Origin: an uncultured cyanobacterium
GTDB taxonomy: Bacteria; Cyanobacteriota; Cyanobacteriia; Cyanobacteriales; Nostocaceae
Direction: 5' to 3'
NCBI GenBank assembly: GCA_963740315.1
Contig: CAVUDP010000003.1
Location: 518,280 to 582,279 of the forward strand
Length of the DNA stretch: 64,000 nucleotides
The notes under the pieces were generated by a model. The model made no database searches, had not been told where the DNA came from, and was given only the letters and a program-made list of their open reading frames with translations. Each line of letters opens with the position of its first letter. Positions within the stretch are counted from its first letter, which is position 1. A program made the translations under genes and the position numbers. Positions 1 to 10,785 of the stretch are shown piece by piece.

Positions 1-83
1 GTAGAGACGCAATTATCTAAATTGTTTTAGATACCCGGAATATTTTTGTAATACTTTATACTTATAATTCAGGAGGTTTTTTG

Positions 84-1181
84 ATGATGGAATTATTGTC
101 AAACAATATTTTTTTGAGTGCCAAAGTGCAATTAACATTGTTGATTGGAATACTTAGCTTTATCGCATTTTTTACTGGTTGTGTCTTTCCTCGTATAGCT
201 AAGTTTTTCCTAAACGTGCTTATTTCTTCCGAAGTTGCTGAGAAAGCTGAAAAAATATTACAACCTTACAAAAATTTAATTGGAATTGCTTTCGGATTGG
301 GATTTTTGGAGATTGTTGCTTTATTTATTCCCGTATTAGATGATTATCCAGCGATAGAAATTGTTATTAGTTTAATTTTAACGATAGAAGCTTGCTGGTT
401 AATTATTAAAATATTTGGAAAATATATAGATGATTATATATTAGAGTCTGCTTTAAAAAGCGGTCGTAAAGCTAATAGCGAACTACTAAACTTAGGAAAG
501 TATACAGCTAACTTAGCAATTGTTTTTGGCGGAATTATCTTCTTTGCTCAAACTCATAATATAAAAATATTTAGCTTGCTAGCTAGTTTAGGAATTGGTG
601 GTGTAGCAGTTGCTTTCGCATCTAAAACAACAATAGAGCAACTTCTCAGTGGTGTTGTATTATATGTCGATCATCCGTTTTATATTGACGACTATATTGG
701 TTTACCAGACGGTACTTTTGGGCGAGTTGAATCTATTGGATGGCGTTCTACAAAAATTCGCACTTCGGGTAAAGGAACGGTAATAGTAATTCCGAATAAT
801 TCTCTAACCCAAATGAGTATCGAAAACTTTTCTGGTGCTAAAAAGGTAATTTCAATTCTTTCTTTGAATTTCACTCGTAAAATTGAACCGAAAGAACAAG
901 CATTAATCGAACAGGTTGTTTTAACAAGTACAAAAGATATTTTTGGACTTGATTCACGCAGTACTCGCATAGATTTTAGAACTTTAAATAAAAATAGCGA
1001 ACCAAAGACTCAAGCTCAAGTTAGCTTATTCATATTAGGTACTGGTAAAGTATCGATGGAATTGCGTCGGCAGTTACTTGAAGTAGCTACACAAACTATT
1101 AATCAGAAGTTGAAAGGATACGGTATCGATTTCAATATAGAAGAACCAACTATCTATGTAGATGCGCCCGTTACAATCTAG
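84..1181 (+). CDS. MscS-family mechanosensitive channel
   Basis: TM helices, then LGIGGVAVAFA, G-x-VESIGWRSTKIR and IPN motifs. ATG at 84 (track starts at TTG 81). Confidence 0.9.
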   Translation: MMELLSNNIFLSAKVQLTLLIGILSFIAFFTGCVFPRIAKFFLNVLISSEVAEKAEKILQPYKNLIGIAFGLGFLEIVALFIPVLDDYPAIEIVISLILTIEACWLIIKIFGKYIDDYILESALKSGRKANSELLNLGKYTANLAIVFGGIIFFAQTHNIKIFSLLASLGIGGVAVAFASKTTIEQLLSGVVLYVDHPFYIDDYIGLPDGTFGRVESIGWRSTKIRTSGKGTVIVIPNNSLTQMSIENFSGAKKVISILSLNFTRKIEPKEQALIEQVVLTSTKDIFGLDSRSTRIDFRTLNKNSEPKTQAQVSLFILGTGKVSMELRRQLLEVATQTINQKLKGYGIDFNIEEPTIYVDAPVTI

Positions 1182-1189
1182 AGTTAACT

Positions 1190-2377
1190 ATGAAAATTAT
1201 GAATCAAATACTTGAGTTTATATTAAGAGAAGATATTCGTAACTTAGAAATATTTGTTTTATGCGTTATCGCTTCTTTGTTTATCGGAAGATACACTCCC
1301 TTACTAATTAAAGTAGCTGTCAACCGTTTCTTGCCTCCACAAGTAACTGATATCTATGAAAAATTAATCTATACAAACCGTCAAGCCTTAAAATGGGCTG
1401 GTACTTCAATCTTAATTTTATTATCGTTAGGTTTAATTTCTCAGTATGAAGGCTTTTATAAATTTTTAAGCAATGTAGTGCAATTAGCAGTTATTCTCAG
1501 CATTGCTTTTTTAGCTTCCGGTGTTTTTCGGCAATTGATTAGAACATATGGTGTTACTATTATTCGTAAATTGGGCTATCAGGCTGACGATTTACTATTA
1601 ATTGTTGAAACTATCGTTAATCTGACTATAGGATTTATTGCTGTTTTAGTTTTTGCTAACGATAAATTCAATTTAGTCGGTTTAATCACTGGTTTAGGAA
1701 TTGGTGGATTAGCAGTTGCTTTTGCAGCCCAAAAAACTTTAGAGCAATTTTTAGGTACTATTGTTATATATTTAGATAGACCTTTTACTACAGGTGAATA
1801 TATTCATTTAGCGGCATCAAGTAGCTACGGAGCCGAAATTTATGGACGAGTTGAATCTATCGGATTTCGTTCTACAAAAATTCGTTCTTCTGGTAAAAGT
1901 ACTTTGATGATTGTACCTAATTCTATATTAGCCAATGTAGAAATCGAAAACGTAACCCGTGGGAAAAAAGTCATGGTGTTGCTATATCTTGACTTTAATC
2001 AAAAGCTACTTGATAAAGGGCAGGCTTTAGTAAGACAAGTAGTTGAAGACAGTATGGAATCACTTTTTGGGGTACAACCTGATAGCACAAAAGTAGTTTT
2101 TGAAGACTTCAACTCAACTCATACAACGAACGCTGATGTTTCTGATAAAATTGATGCGTCAACTATCGATCTTACTATCGACAAAGATTTACAACTAGAA
2201 CATACGAGAGCTAGAATCACCTTCTTTCTTTTAGGTTCAAACCAAAATTCTCTTGAGTTGAAAAAACAATTATTAAATTTAGCAAATGAAAAGGTTTCTC
2301 ACAAATTGAATAATTTTGGTATCGAGTTTGTCATGCAAGAACCAAATATTTATATTGAAGCGCCAGTGACTATTTAA
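1190..2377 (+). CDS. MscS-family mechanosensitive channel, paralog of the upstream gene
   Basis: GLGIGGLAVAFAAQ, GRVESIGFRSTKIR; C-terminus EPNIYIEAPVTI resembles that of the upstream gene; 8 bp gap. Confidence 0.9.
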   Translation: MKIMNQILEFILREDIRNLEIFVLCVIASLFIGRYTPLLIKVAVNRFLPPQVTDIYEKLIYTNRQALKWAGTSILILLSLGLISQYEGFYKFLSNVVQLAVILSIAFLASGVFRQLIRTYGVTIIRKLGYQADDLLLIVETIVNLTIGFIAVLVFANDKFNLVGLITGLGIGGLAVAFAAQKTLEQFLGTIVIYLDRPFTTGEYIHLAASSSYGAEIYGRVESIGFRSTKIRSSGKSTLMIVPNSILANVEIENVTRGKKVMVLLYLDFNQKLLDKGQALVRQVVEDSMESLFGVQPDSTKVVFEDFNSTHTTNADVSDKIDASTIDLTIDKDLQLEHTRARITFFLLGSNQNSLELKKQLLNLANEKVSHKLNNFGIEFVMQEPNIYIEAPVTI

Positions 2378-2426
2378 TATTAGGCACGGGGATTGGGGAT
2401 ATCTTTTTATATACAGATTTATTTTT

Positions 2427-2673
2427 TGTAGTGCGGGCATCTTGCCCGCTATTTCATAAAAATATTATTTGTGAATCTTTAAAAATATGTTGTTGATCTG
2501 TAAGAATAGATTATTTGTAAATTTCTGAAAATATCTTGCTGATCTGTAAGAATAGATTATTTGTAAATTTCTGAAAATATCTTGTTGATCTGTAAGAATA
2601 GATTATTTGTGAATTTCTGAAAATAGATGATTTGTGAATCTTCAGAAATAGGGAGCAAGATGCTCCCACTACA
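2427..2673. repeat. REPIN-like element: inverted GTAG-type palindromes around a 46-bp tandem repeat
   Basis: tgtagtgcgggcatcttgcccgcta (2427-2451) and tagggagcaagatgctcccactaca (2649-2673) are inverted. About 3 copies of aaaatatcttgttgatctgtaagaatagattatttgtaaatttctg start at 2482, 2528 and 2574. Confidence 0.8.
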
Positions 2674-2764
2674 GATATTTTTGTAAGAATAGAATGCTGT
2701 GGACAATATAATAAAGCATAAGGGTTAGTTAGAACTTAGTTTCAATGCCCTATGCCCCAATTAC

Positions 2765-4372
2765 CTATACCCGATTTCTTCCGTTTGTTTCCTGAGTATT
2801 TCGTAATAAGGCTTGTTCTATTTCTGTTGAAAGTTTGACAGGTAATTCTCCGGTGCGTAAATGTAAGTCTCTTTGTGGGAATGGAATTTCAATATTATAT
2901 TCTTTCAAACTTGCTTCAATTCTGAAACATATATCGCTTTTAATTGATACTTGATGGCTGGGTGCGTCTATCCATACTAATAGTTCAAAATCTAAAGAAC
3001 TGTCACCAAATCCGGTAAACAATACTTGGGGTTGAGGAACTGAAAGCACTTCGGGATGATTTTTTCCTGCTTCTAAAAGTGCTTTTTTGACGATTTTTAC
3101 ATCAGCACTGTAAGAAACTCCTACTGGTACGTGAATTCGAGAAATCGGATTGTGGTGACTCCAATTAATTACTTCGTCTTCTAAAAAACGCGAGTTTGGT
3201 ACAATTATCGAAACTCTGTCTAAAGTACGAATCGTTACACTACGGGCACCAATACTTTCTACAGTTCCCATATAGTTTGCCACTTCAATAAAATCACCTA
3301 CTTGAATTGGTCTTTCAAATAACAATACAAGCCCGCTACCAAAGTTTTTCGCGATGTCTTGAAAACCGAAACCAATACCGACACCCAAGGCACTAGCTAA
3401 GATTGCTAAAGAACTTAAATCAACTTCAAAAATTTGCAGAAGAACAACCGAACCTACTCCTATAAAAGTATATTTAAAAACAATTGCGATTACTTCCTGC
3501 GCTCCCCGATTAATTCGCAGTTCTCGCAAAATTCGCGATCGCAATACATTAGTAACTGCACCCGCAAGTACTATTAAGCCCAAAAATAAGCCAATTAAAA
3601 CTAAAATATCGGTAACTGCAAAGGTTTTAAAAATTGGCGAAGTCAGGCTAAAACGTATACTGGCGGCAATATCAAAACTCCATTGCCGCGTTACAGGAAA
3701 TAAATTAGTAACATAAAGAGTGGTGCCTACCCAAAGTGCTGTTCTCACTAAAAATAGGGTACCTTTAAACAATAGATTTAAGCTATTTTGCTGTTGATTT
3801 TGGTCGGAAGAATCCTCGGAAGTTACGATTGGAGTCACATTACGCTGCGATATTTTCCATACTCTTCCTAAAACCCAATGAAGTGCAATTGTTAGCACAA
3901 CAAGAATCAAACTTAAAATTAATGTACGATTAATAAACTCTTCGCTCCTTTCTTCTCTTGCTTTCTCAACTGTTTCACGAATTATACTTGCCCAATTTCC
4001 GGCTTGTATATTCGGATTTTCAGCAGAAACAGCATCCTTCTCGGTGACGGTAAATCGCCGATTCTCACCAATTAGAATTTTCGCATCATTTTTGCCTTTT
4101 TCAACTTTTACGGACGGTATTTTTTCTAAATCTACTGCTTCTTGAAGGATTTTATTGATAATTTCAGCCCTTTCTTCAGCTGTATAACCCTCGGTACTAG
4201 CAACTTGAAAAAGTTGTCTACCATCAATGTCTACAGGAGCATATTTACTACTCTGCGCCATCGCGTGTGAAAACTGGAAGCTGAATATAAGCATCAAAAT
4301 TATTATTGCTGCTTTTACTGGCTTGAGATATTTACGATCGCGATTATCGCTTAATTTCGGTTTATTTCTCAT
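2765..4372 (-). CDS. MscS-family channel with N-terminal periplasmic domain
   Basis: GVGIGFGFQDIAKNF, ERPIQVGD, IVPNS, EIPFPQRDL. Signal-peptide-like N-terminus favours the ATG at 4372 over 4477. Confidence 0.9.
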   Translation of the reverse strand: MRNKPKLSDNRDRKYLKPVKAAIIILMLIFSFQFSHAMAQSSKYAPVDIDGRQLFQVASTEGYTAEERAEIINKILQEAVDLEKIPSVKVEKGKNDAKILIGENRRFTVTEKDAVSAENPNIQAGNWASIIRETVEKAREERSEEFINRTLILSLILVVLTIALHWVLGRVWKISQRNVTPIVTSEDSSDQNQQQNSLNLLFKGTLFLVRTALWVGTTLYVTNLFPVTRQWSFDIAASIRFSLTSPIFKTFAVTDILVLIGLFLGLIVLAGAVTNVLRSRILRELRINRGAQEVIAIVFKYTFIGVGSVVLLQIFEVDLSSLAILASALGVGIGFGFQDIAKNFGSGLVLLFERPIQVGDFIEVANYMGTVESIGARSVTIRTLDRVSIIVPNSRFLEDEVINWSHHNPISRIHVPVGVSYSADVKIVKKALLEAGKNHPEVLSVPQPQVLFTGFGDSSLDFELLVWIDAPSHQVSIKSDICFRIEASLKEYNIEIPFPQRDLHLRTGELPVKLSTEIEQALLRNTQETNGRNRV

Positions 4373-4741
4373 ATTTCCTGATGCCAATTTTAAAATAATA
4401 GTATTAGATAAAACAAGTAACTGCGTAAAATTATTTACGTTAAATACAAGTTTTGTATATGTTAAGTGTATTAACACACGATGCCATCAGTCTTTAGCAT
4501 AGACTTATTATTTACATACCTATGTATAAAAAGTGTTTATCAAACACTTACATTGTGCGAAGGATTTGGGTAAAGTTTCATATCTATCGATATTCCCTTG
4601 CTGACAAGAACGCGGTAATCTGGATTTAGCGAATAGTAATTCAAGGTTAAAGGTCTGCATATCAAAGGTTAAAATCACTTCTAACTCCCCTTGTCCCTTT
4701 GTGTTCCTGCCTTGTTCCCTAATTGCTTATAAATTAAAATT

Positions 4742-5452
4742 ATGTTGAAAAAAATCCATACAAATATCTGGGTTGCCGAACAAAAATTAAAATATTGGGG
4801 TTTAGAAGTTGGTACGAGAATGACTGTGATTCGCCTTGAAAATGGTGATGTTGTTGTTATTTCTCCAATTAAGGTAGATGAGGAAACTATTAATCAAATC
4901 AATCAAGTTGGTAAGGTTGATATTATAATTGCTCCTAATCTTTACCATCATCTTTCTGTATCTGATTTCAAATCTATTTATTCCGATGCAAAGATTTTCG
5001 CTGCTCCTGGTTTGGAATTTAAGCGGCAAGATATCAAATTTGATAAAATCCTCGATTGCGGTAAAATTGGCTCTGAAGATGAAATTGAATATTTTTTATT
5101 TGAAGGATTTAAAATTCTGGATTTAAAAGGACTTTCACCATTAAACGAAATTGTTTTTTTGCATCGAGAAAGTCAAACTTTGATTTTAACGGATACGGCT
5201 TTTCATTTTGATGAAAGTTTTCCCTTAACAACTCAGTTAACTATGAGAGTAATTGGAGGTTACAAAAAATTAGAGCCTTCGATATTAGAGAAATTAGCAA
5301 CGCGAGAAAAAGCAAAAGTAAAAAATTCAATTCAAAAAGTGCTTGAGTGGGATTTTGAAAGAGCGATCGTGGCTCATGGTAGTATTATCGAAAATCAAGG
5401 AAAAGCAAAGCTTAAAAAAGGCTATGAATGGGTTTTATTTAATGAACAGTGA
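4742..5452 (+). CDS. DUF4336-family protein (metallo-beta-lactamase-like fold)
   Basis: RMTVIRL, IIAPNLYHH, TLILTD, WDFERAIVAHG motifs. Confidence 0.75.
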   Translation: MLKKIHTNIWVAEQKLKYWGLEVGTRMTVIRLENGDVVVISPIKVDEETINQINQVGKVDIIIAPNLYHHLSVSDFKSIYSDAKIFAAPGLEFKRQDIKFDKILDCGKIGSEDEIEYFLFEGFKILDLKGLSPLNEIVFLHRESQTLILTDTAFHFDESFPLTTQLTMRVIGGYKKLEPSILEKLATREKAKVKNSIQKVLEWDFERAIVAHGSIIENQGKAKLKKGYEWVLFNEQ

Positions 5453-5552
5453 ACAGTGAACAGTTAACAGTAATAGAATCTGCAACTGCTAACTGCCCCT
5501 CTCCCCCTCTCCCCATCCCCCCATCCCCCCATCTCCCCTCTCCCCCTCTCCT
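5444..5552. repeat. STRR heptamer arrays (aacagtg, ccccatc/cccctct)
   Basis: Tandem heptamers directly visible. Confidence 0.85.
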
Positions 5553-5649
5553 CTTCACAATTTCCTCATAATTATTCTACGAATTTACTCTTGCTTGACA
5601 TCCGAGTGGAGTTAAACTAGCACGTAAAACTGTAACTCCATCCGTAAAA

Positions 5650-7116
5650 ATGAGCCTCTGTATTAATCCCTTGTGTCAGAAGCCAGAAAATCCCGATAAT
5701 ATCCTATTCTGTTTTGGCTGCGGTTCGGAATTGCTGCTGGAAGGACATTATCGGGTAATGAAGGAACTTGGCGGTGGTGGCTTTGGCAAAACCTATGAGG
5801 TTAATGAAGCACGAAGCAATACGAATAAGGTGCTAAAAGTGCTGATTAATAATCATCCCAAGGCTGTGGAATTGTTTCAACGGGAAGCGGAGGTTTTAAA
5901 GTCGTTGAATCATCCCGGTATTCCCAAAGTGGAACCCGATAGCTATTTTGTTTATTTTTCCAGAAGTAGTACCCAACCGCTTCATTGTTTGATAATGGAA
6001 AAAATTGAAGGTTTGGATTTGTGGGAATATATCAGACAGCGAGAGCAACGTCCTATAAATCAAAAATTAGCCATTGAATGGTTAAGCGAGATTGTTGGTA
6101 TTCTCCAACAAGTCCACAGCCAAAACTTTTTTCATCGCGATATCAAGCCATCAAATATTATGTTAAGACCAAATGGTCGTTTGGCATTGATTGATTTTGG
6201 TAGCGCACGACAAGTGACGGAAACTTATATTGCCAAGCAGGTTCAAGGACAAGTTACGGGAATTATTACTGCTGGCTATAGCCCTTCCGAACAAATGCAC
6301 GGACAAGCAATTCAACAATCAGATTTTTTTGCTTTAGGACGTACTTTTGTTTTTCTACTTACCGGAAGAGAGCCGGGGGATTTTTATAATGCACAAACTG
6401 GTGAATTAAAATGGCAAGAAGCCACGCTTGATGTCAAACCAGAATTTGCATCTCTTCTCGACCAAATGATGGAAAATATTCCGAATCAAAGACCAGAAAA
6501 TACTCAAGTTATTTCCCAAAAGCTAACAGAAATTAATAGTTTAAAACCAGTTAATCAACCAGTTAATCAGCCATCTGGAATTCCACCAACTATTCTTCCA
6601 GGTAATTATGGTGTTACAGAAAACTCTAATTATGCAAGTCTTATTAGAAGATTTTTTGCTTATCAACTTGATTTAATCTTTTTATTAATTATAGGTACTT
6701 TTATTACTGGAGTTTTAAGCTCTTCACTTGGTTTAAATGCTGAATTGATTGGGGAAAGTATTGCCGGAGGATGGTTCGGAACATTGGGTTGGTTTTCCGG
6801 CACTATATTTTTGTTCGCTCCCAATCTATCAGCTATAGTTAAATTTTCTATAATAATAAATTTGAGTTTAAATTGGTTTTATTTTACGATTTTAGAAAGT
6901 TCCAGATTAAAAGCGACGTTGGGGAAATTGATTTTAGGTATTAAAGTTACCGATTTAAATAATCAACAAATATCTTTTAAACAAGCTAATATTAGATATT
7001 GGAGTAAATTGATTTCTATTTTAATCTTAATGATTGGTTTTATCATGATTATGTTTACTTCAAAAAAACAAGCTTGTCACGATATGTTAGCTAAAACAAC
7101 AGTTATTCATAAGTAA
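5650..7116 (+). CDS. Ser/Thr protein kinase with N-terminal 4-Cys Zn ribbon and C-terminal RDD membrane domain
   Basis: CINPLC..CFGCG, GGGGFG, HRDIKPSN, DFG; RDD-like RRFFAYQLD, TLGKLILGIKV, HDMLAKT. Confidence 0.9.
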   Translation: MSLCINPLCQKPENPDNILFCFGCGSELLLEGHYRVMKELGGGGFGKTYEVNEARSNTNKVLKVLINNHPKAVELFQREAEVLKSLNHPGIPKVEPDSYFVYFSRSSTQPLHCLIMEKIEGLDLWEYIRQREQRPINQKLAIEWLSEIVGILQQVHSQNFFHRDIKPSNIMLRPNGRLALIDFGSARQVTETYIAKQVQGQVTGIITAGYSPSEQMHGQAIQQSDFFALGRTFVFLLTGREPGDFYNAQTGELKWQEATLDVKPEFASLLDQMMENIPNQRPENTQVISQKLTEINSLKPVNQPVNQPSGIPPTILPGNYGVTENSNYASLIRRFFAYQLDLIFLLIIGTFITGVLSSSLGLNAELIGESIAGGWFGTLGWFSGTIFLFAPNLSAIVKFSIIINLSLNWFYFTILESSRLKATLGKLILGIKVTDLNNQQISFKQANIRYWSKLISILILMIGFIMIMFTSKKQACHDMLAKTTVIHK

Positions 7117-7169
7117 TTATTACGCTATGATGATTAATATCGCTTGCTTTAAACTTATTTTAATCAAGT

Positions 7170-7799
7170 ATGGTTCAAATTATCCAAGCTCAAAATATTA
7201 ATCTTGCTTACCTAGAAGAAAAATTTCAATTACAAAAAGCTGAAGTTGAAGAATTTTTCCCCGAATGGTTGCAAAATTTACCTGAAATAACTGATTTAGA
7301 AAAACAATTTTTAGATAGAGTCAAAGCTAACTTTTTACATTTGGTGATGCAGCCACCATTTTTAGAAAATGCTGTGAAAATGGTAGTTTTATCCCCCTTA
7401 TTGGATTTAGCAGGTTTCTACACAAATCCCTTTTTAGCAACTGAAAAATCTATCGAACTTGCCGTAAAAGATAATGAGGAAATTGTCAGAGGTAGAATAG
7501 ATGTTTTAGTAGTTCAACAGCAATTATGGTTATTAGTAGTTGAATCTAAAAAAGCGAGTTTTTCTTTGTTAGAAGCCATACCCCAAGCACTAACTTATAT
7601 GCTGAATAATCCCCATAAAGAAAAACCTGTATTTGGATTGGTTACGAATGGAGAAGATTTTCAATTTCTCAAATTACAAAAGCAGGAAAGACCCTTGTAT
7701 GCTTTATCTGATAAATTTACTTTATCAAAAAGAGTAAACGAGTTATATCAAGTTTTGAGTATTTTCAAGAAACTCGGTAGCATTATCAGTGAACAGTGA
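7170..7799 (+). CDS. Stand-alone type I restriction enzyme R N-terminal-like (PD-(D/E)XK) protein
   Basis: GRIDVLV..VVESK, QALTYM, GLVTNGEDFQF, typical of a common cyanobacterial family. Confidence 0.7.
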   Translation: MVQIIQAQNINLAYLEEKFQLQKAEVEEFFPEWLQNLPEITDLEKQFLDRVKANFLHLVMQPPFLENAVKMVVLSPLLDLAGFYTNPFLATEKSIELAVKDNEEIVRGRIDVLVVQQQLWLLVVESKKASFSLLEAIPQALTYMLNNPHKEKPVFGLVTNGEDFQFLKLQKQERPLYALSDKFTLSKRVNELYQVLSIFKKLGSIISEQ

Positions 7800-7927
7800 A
7801 CAGTGAACAGTGAGGAGTGAGGAGTTAGGAGTTAAGAGTTAGGAACAAAAAGTTAATAATTATCTCCTTGTCCCCTTGTCTCCCTATCTCCCCATCTCCC
7901 CATCTCCCTATCTCCCCATCCCCCCAT
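7787..7927. repeat. STRR arrays (cagtgaa, ggagtta, ccccatct)
   Basis: Tandem 7-8-mers. Confidence 0.85.
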
Positions 7928-7928
7928 C

Positions 7929-9092
7929 ATGCAACGTCCCATCTACCTAGATTGCCACTCGACAACACCCGTTGATGAAAGAGTAGTGAATGCAATGCTA
8001 CCTTACTTCACCGAACACTTTGGTAATGCTTCAAGTATCGGTCATATTTACGGTTGGGAAGCGGAAGCTGCGGTAAAAAAAACGCGAGAAACTATTGCAG
8101 CAGCTATCAATGCAAGCCCCGAAGAAATCATTTTTACGAGTGGTGCAACCGAAGCAAATAATTTAGCTATTAAAGGTGTTGCAGAAGCTTATTTTTCCCA
8201 AGGGCAGCATATTATTACCGTACAAACAGAACATAGTGCAGTCATAGATCCTTGTAATTATTTAAAAACTCTTGGCTTTGAAATTACTTTTCTTCCCGTA
8301 CAAAAAGATGGAATTATTAATCTCAAAGACTTAGAAAAAGCCTTTCGCGACGATACTATTTTAGTTTCAGTAATGACGGCTAATAACGAAATCGGCGTTT
8401 TGCAACCGATCGCAGAAATTGGTGCAATGTGTAGGGAACGCAAAATCATTTTCCATTCAGATAGCGCTCAGGCAGTTGGTAAAATACCCTTAGACGTACA
8501 AGCGATGAATATTGACTTAATGTCATTAACAGCACATAAAGTCTACGGTCCCAAAGGTATCGGTGCTTTATACGTGCGTCGCCGCAATCCTAGAGTAACG
8601 TTGGCTTCCCAGCTACACGGTGGCGGACAGGAACGGGGGATGCGTTCTGGCACATTATATACACCGCAAATCGTCGGATTTGGGAAAGCTGTAGAAATTG
8701 CGTTACAAAATCAAGCCACCGAAAACGAATTTCTGACTCAACTCCGACAAAGCTTATGGGAACAGATTTCTCAATTAAAAGGAATTCATCTTAACGGACA
8801 TCTTAATAAAAGATTATCGGGAAATTTAAATATTAGCATTGAAGGGGTTGATGGTTCGGCATTGCTGTTAGGATTGCAGCCAGTAATGGCAGTTTCCTCT
8901 GGCTCTGCTTGTTCGTCAATAAGTACCGCACCTTCTCACGTTTTGACAGCATTAGGTCATCCAGAAAAATTAGCTTATGCTTCCGTGCGTTTTGGTATAG
9001 GAAGATTCAATACAGTTGAAGAAATCAATAAAGTTGCAGAACATTTTATTTCTACAGTTGAAAGTTTGCGAAAACAAGCTGTGATGATTTAA
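7929..9092 (+). CDS. iscS: Cysteine desulfurase (IscS/NifS, group I)
   Basis: IFTSGATEANN, PLP lysine motif AHKVYGPKGIG, SSGSACSS. Confidence 0.9.
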   Translation: MQRPIYLDCHSTTPVDERVVNAMLPYFTEHFGNASSIGHIYGWEAEAAVKKTRETIAAAINASPEEIIFTSGATEANNLAIKGVAEAYFSQGQHIITVQTEHSAVIDPCNYLKTLGFEITFLPVQKDGIINLKDLEKAFRDDTILVSVMTANNEIGVLQPIAEIGAMCRERKIIFHSDSAQAVGKIPLDVQAMNIDLMSLTAHKVYGPKGIGALYVRRRNPRVTLASQLHGGGQERGMRSGTLYTPQIVGFGKAVEIALQNQATENEFLTQLRQSLWEQISQLKGIHLNGHLNKRLSGNLNISIEGVDGSALLLGLQPVMAVSSGSACSSISTAPSHVLTALGHPEKLAYASVRFGIGRFNTVEEINKVAEHFISTVESLRKQAVMI

Positions 9093-9115
9093 ATATTTAA
9101 AGTAAATACAAATTT

Positions 9116-9172
9116 GGTTTGTAGTAAGGACTTTAGTCCTAAAAAAAAGGGCTTAAGCCCTTACTACGAACC
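9116..9172. repeat. GTAG-type REP doublet (GTAGTAAGG family)
   Basis: ggtttgtagtaaggactttagtcct...agggcttaagcccttactacgaacc inverted pair; family recurs at 16358, 19216-19394 and 40171-40304. Confidence 0.85.
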
Positions 9173-9267
9173 TATTCAAAATAAATTAAATTAAATTCAT
9201 TACTTAAAATATTGCCTACCAGGAGCATTTTCGGTTTTTTTGGTAACTTAAAAATATAGATAAAAAA

Positions 9268-10590
9268 TCAACCCTGACAAATCGGAATTTCAATCGCAAA
9301 TTCTGTACCTTGTTGTGATGATTCACAAGACAACTTCCCGCGATGTTTATCTACTATAGTTTGATAGCTAATAGATAAACCCAATCCCGTACCTTTTCCA
9401 ACTTCTTTAGTTGTGAAAAAAGGGTCAAATATTTTGGACTGAATTGATAGTGGAATTTCCGAACCATTATTACTAATACGAATTGTAATCAAATTTTTAT
9501 CAGATAATTCTGTAGAAACCCGAATTTGAGGCACAAAAGTTTTATTTTTCCTGAATTCATCTTCTAATGCTTCGATCGCATTTACCAAAATATTCAAAAA
9601 CACTTGATTTAATTGTCCCGCATAACAATCAATTTTGGGTAGTAAAGAATAATCTTTAATTACCTCAATTTCAGGATAATTCGGTTTAAACCTCAAGCGG
9701 TTGTTTAAAATAAGTAGCGTACTATCAATACCTTCATGGATATCTACTTTTTTAAACTCAGCTTCATCAAGTCGGGAAAAATTCCGCAGTGATAGAACTA
9801 TTTCTTTAATTCTTTCGGTTCCATGTTGCATTGAATCAAGCAGTTGAACAAAGTCTTGTTTAATGAAATCGAGTTCAACCGCTTCTATTTCTGCTTTTAT
9901 TTCCCGTGGTGCGTTAGGATAATTTTTTCGATAAAGTTCAATAATTCTAATTAAATCTTGAGCGTATAGAGTTGCAGGAACAATATTGCCATAAATAAAG
10001 CTAACGGGATTATTAATTTCATGGGCTATACCTGCAACCATTTTACCCAGAGCAGACATTTTTTCGCTTTGAATTAGTTTTGACTGGGTGCCTTTAAGTT
10101 CGTAAAGAGTTTTTTCTAAATCTTTTGCTTTTTGCCGCAATAAAGCTTCTGATTGTCGCAGGGCAATTTCTGCTACCGATTCGTCGATTTTCTTGTTGAG
10201 TAAGAGGAAATTGTTGGTTGCTAAAGAGCGATTTTTCAAACGTAAAATAATTTTAGCTTCATCAGAAGAAGGTTGAATAAGTGCGCCTTCACAACGACAA
10301 CAAATTGAAGTTTGTCCATCATCCTGATAAAAAGACAAACAACCAAAAACCATCTGCCGACTTCTCGAACAAGCTTGCAAATACTGAGTCACTTTATCTA
10401 CTGGCTCGGCAACTAACTCAAAAAGCATTTTATTCTGTAGTTTGTTATTAGCTAAACCCAATATTGTGGTTACAGCCTTATTAGTAGCTAAAATTTCTCC
10501 TTCCACATCAATAAGTAACATCGGTTCTGGCAAAACACGGGCAAGCTGAACAAACTGTTCGGGAGTTATTAAAGGTTTTTCTCTTAACAT
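9268..10590 (-). CDS. PAS-domain sensor histidine kinase (NtrB-like)
   Basis: N-terminal PAS-like region; H-box AGIAHEINNP, N-box NILVNA, FDPFFTTK, GTGLGL. Confidence 0.9.
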   Translation of the reverse strand: MLREKPLITPEQFVQLARVLPEPMLLIDVEGEILATNKAVTTILGLANNKLQNKMLFELVAEPVDKVTQYLQACSRSRQMVFGCLSFYQDDGQTSICCRCEGALIQPSSDEAKIILRLKNRSLATNNFLLLNKKIDESVAEIALRQSEALLRQKAKDLEKTLYELKGTQSKLIQSEKMSALGKMVAGIAHEINNPVSFIYGNIVPATLYAQDLIRIIELYRKNYPNAPREIKAEIEAVELDFIKQDFVQLLDSMQHGTERIKEIVLSLRNFSRLDEAEFKKVDIHEGIDSTLLILNNRLRFKPNYPEIEVIKDYSLLPKIDCYAGQLNQVFLNILVNAIEALEDEFRKNKTFVPQIRVSTELSDKNLITIRISNNGSEIPLSIQSKIFDPFFTTKEVGKGTGLGLSISYQTIVDKHRGKLSCESSQQGTEFAIEIPICQG

Positions 10591-10785
10591 TTCTATCTAT
10601 TATTAAGTAGTTTTATTCAAATCAAATAATCATTTCATTAAAAGTTAATTCAGTAAAAGCATAACGATTTATACTAATATTCTTATAATGCTAAATAGTC
10701 CAGCCGAGCAAAAACTTGGATTATTTAGTACCCTTTACTAATATTTCTTCTTCCCTGTTACCTATTCTCTAATCAAAGGTATCTT

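Noticed and set aside
2482..2640. 46-bp repeats as a CRISPR array
   Set aside because: Units are head-to-tail with no unique spacers, and there are no cas genes.
7170..7799. Type I restriction-modification system
   Set aside because: No hsdM, hsdS or helicase domain; stand-alone family.
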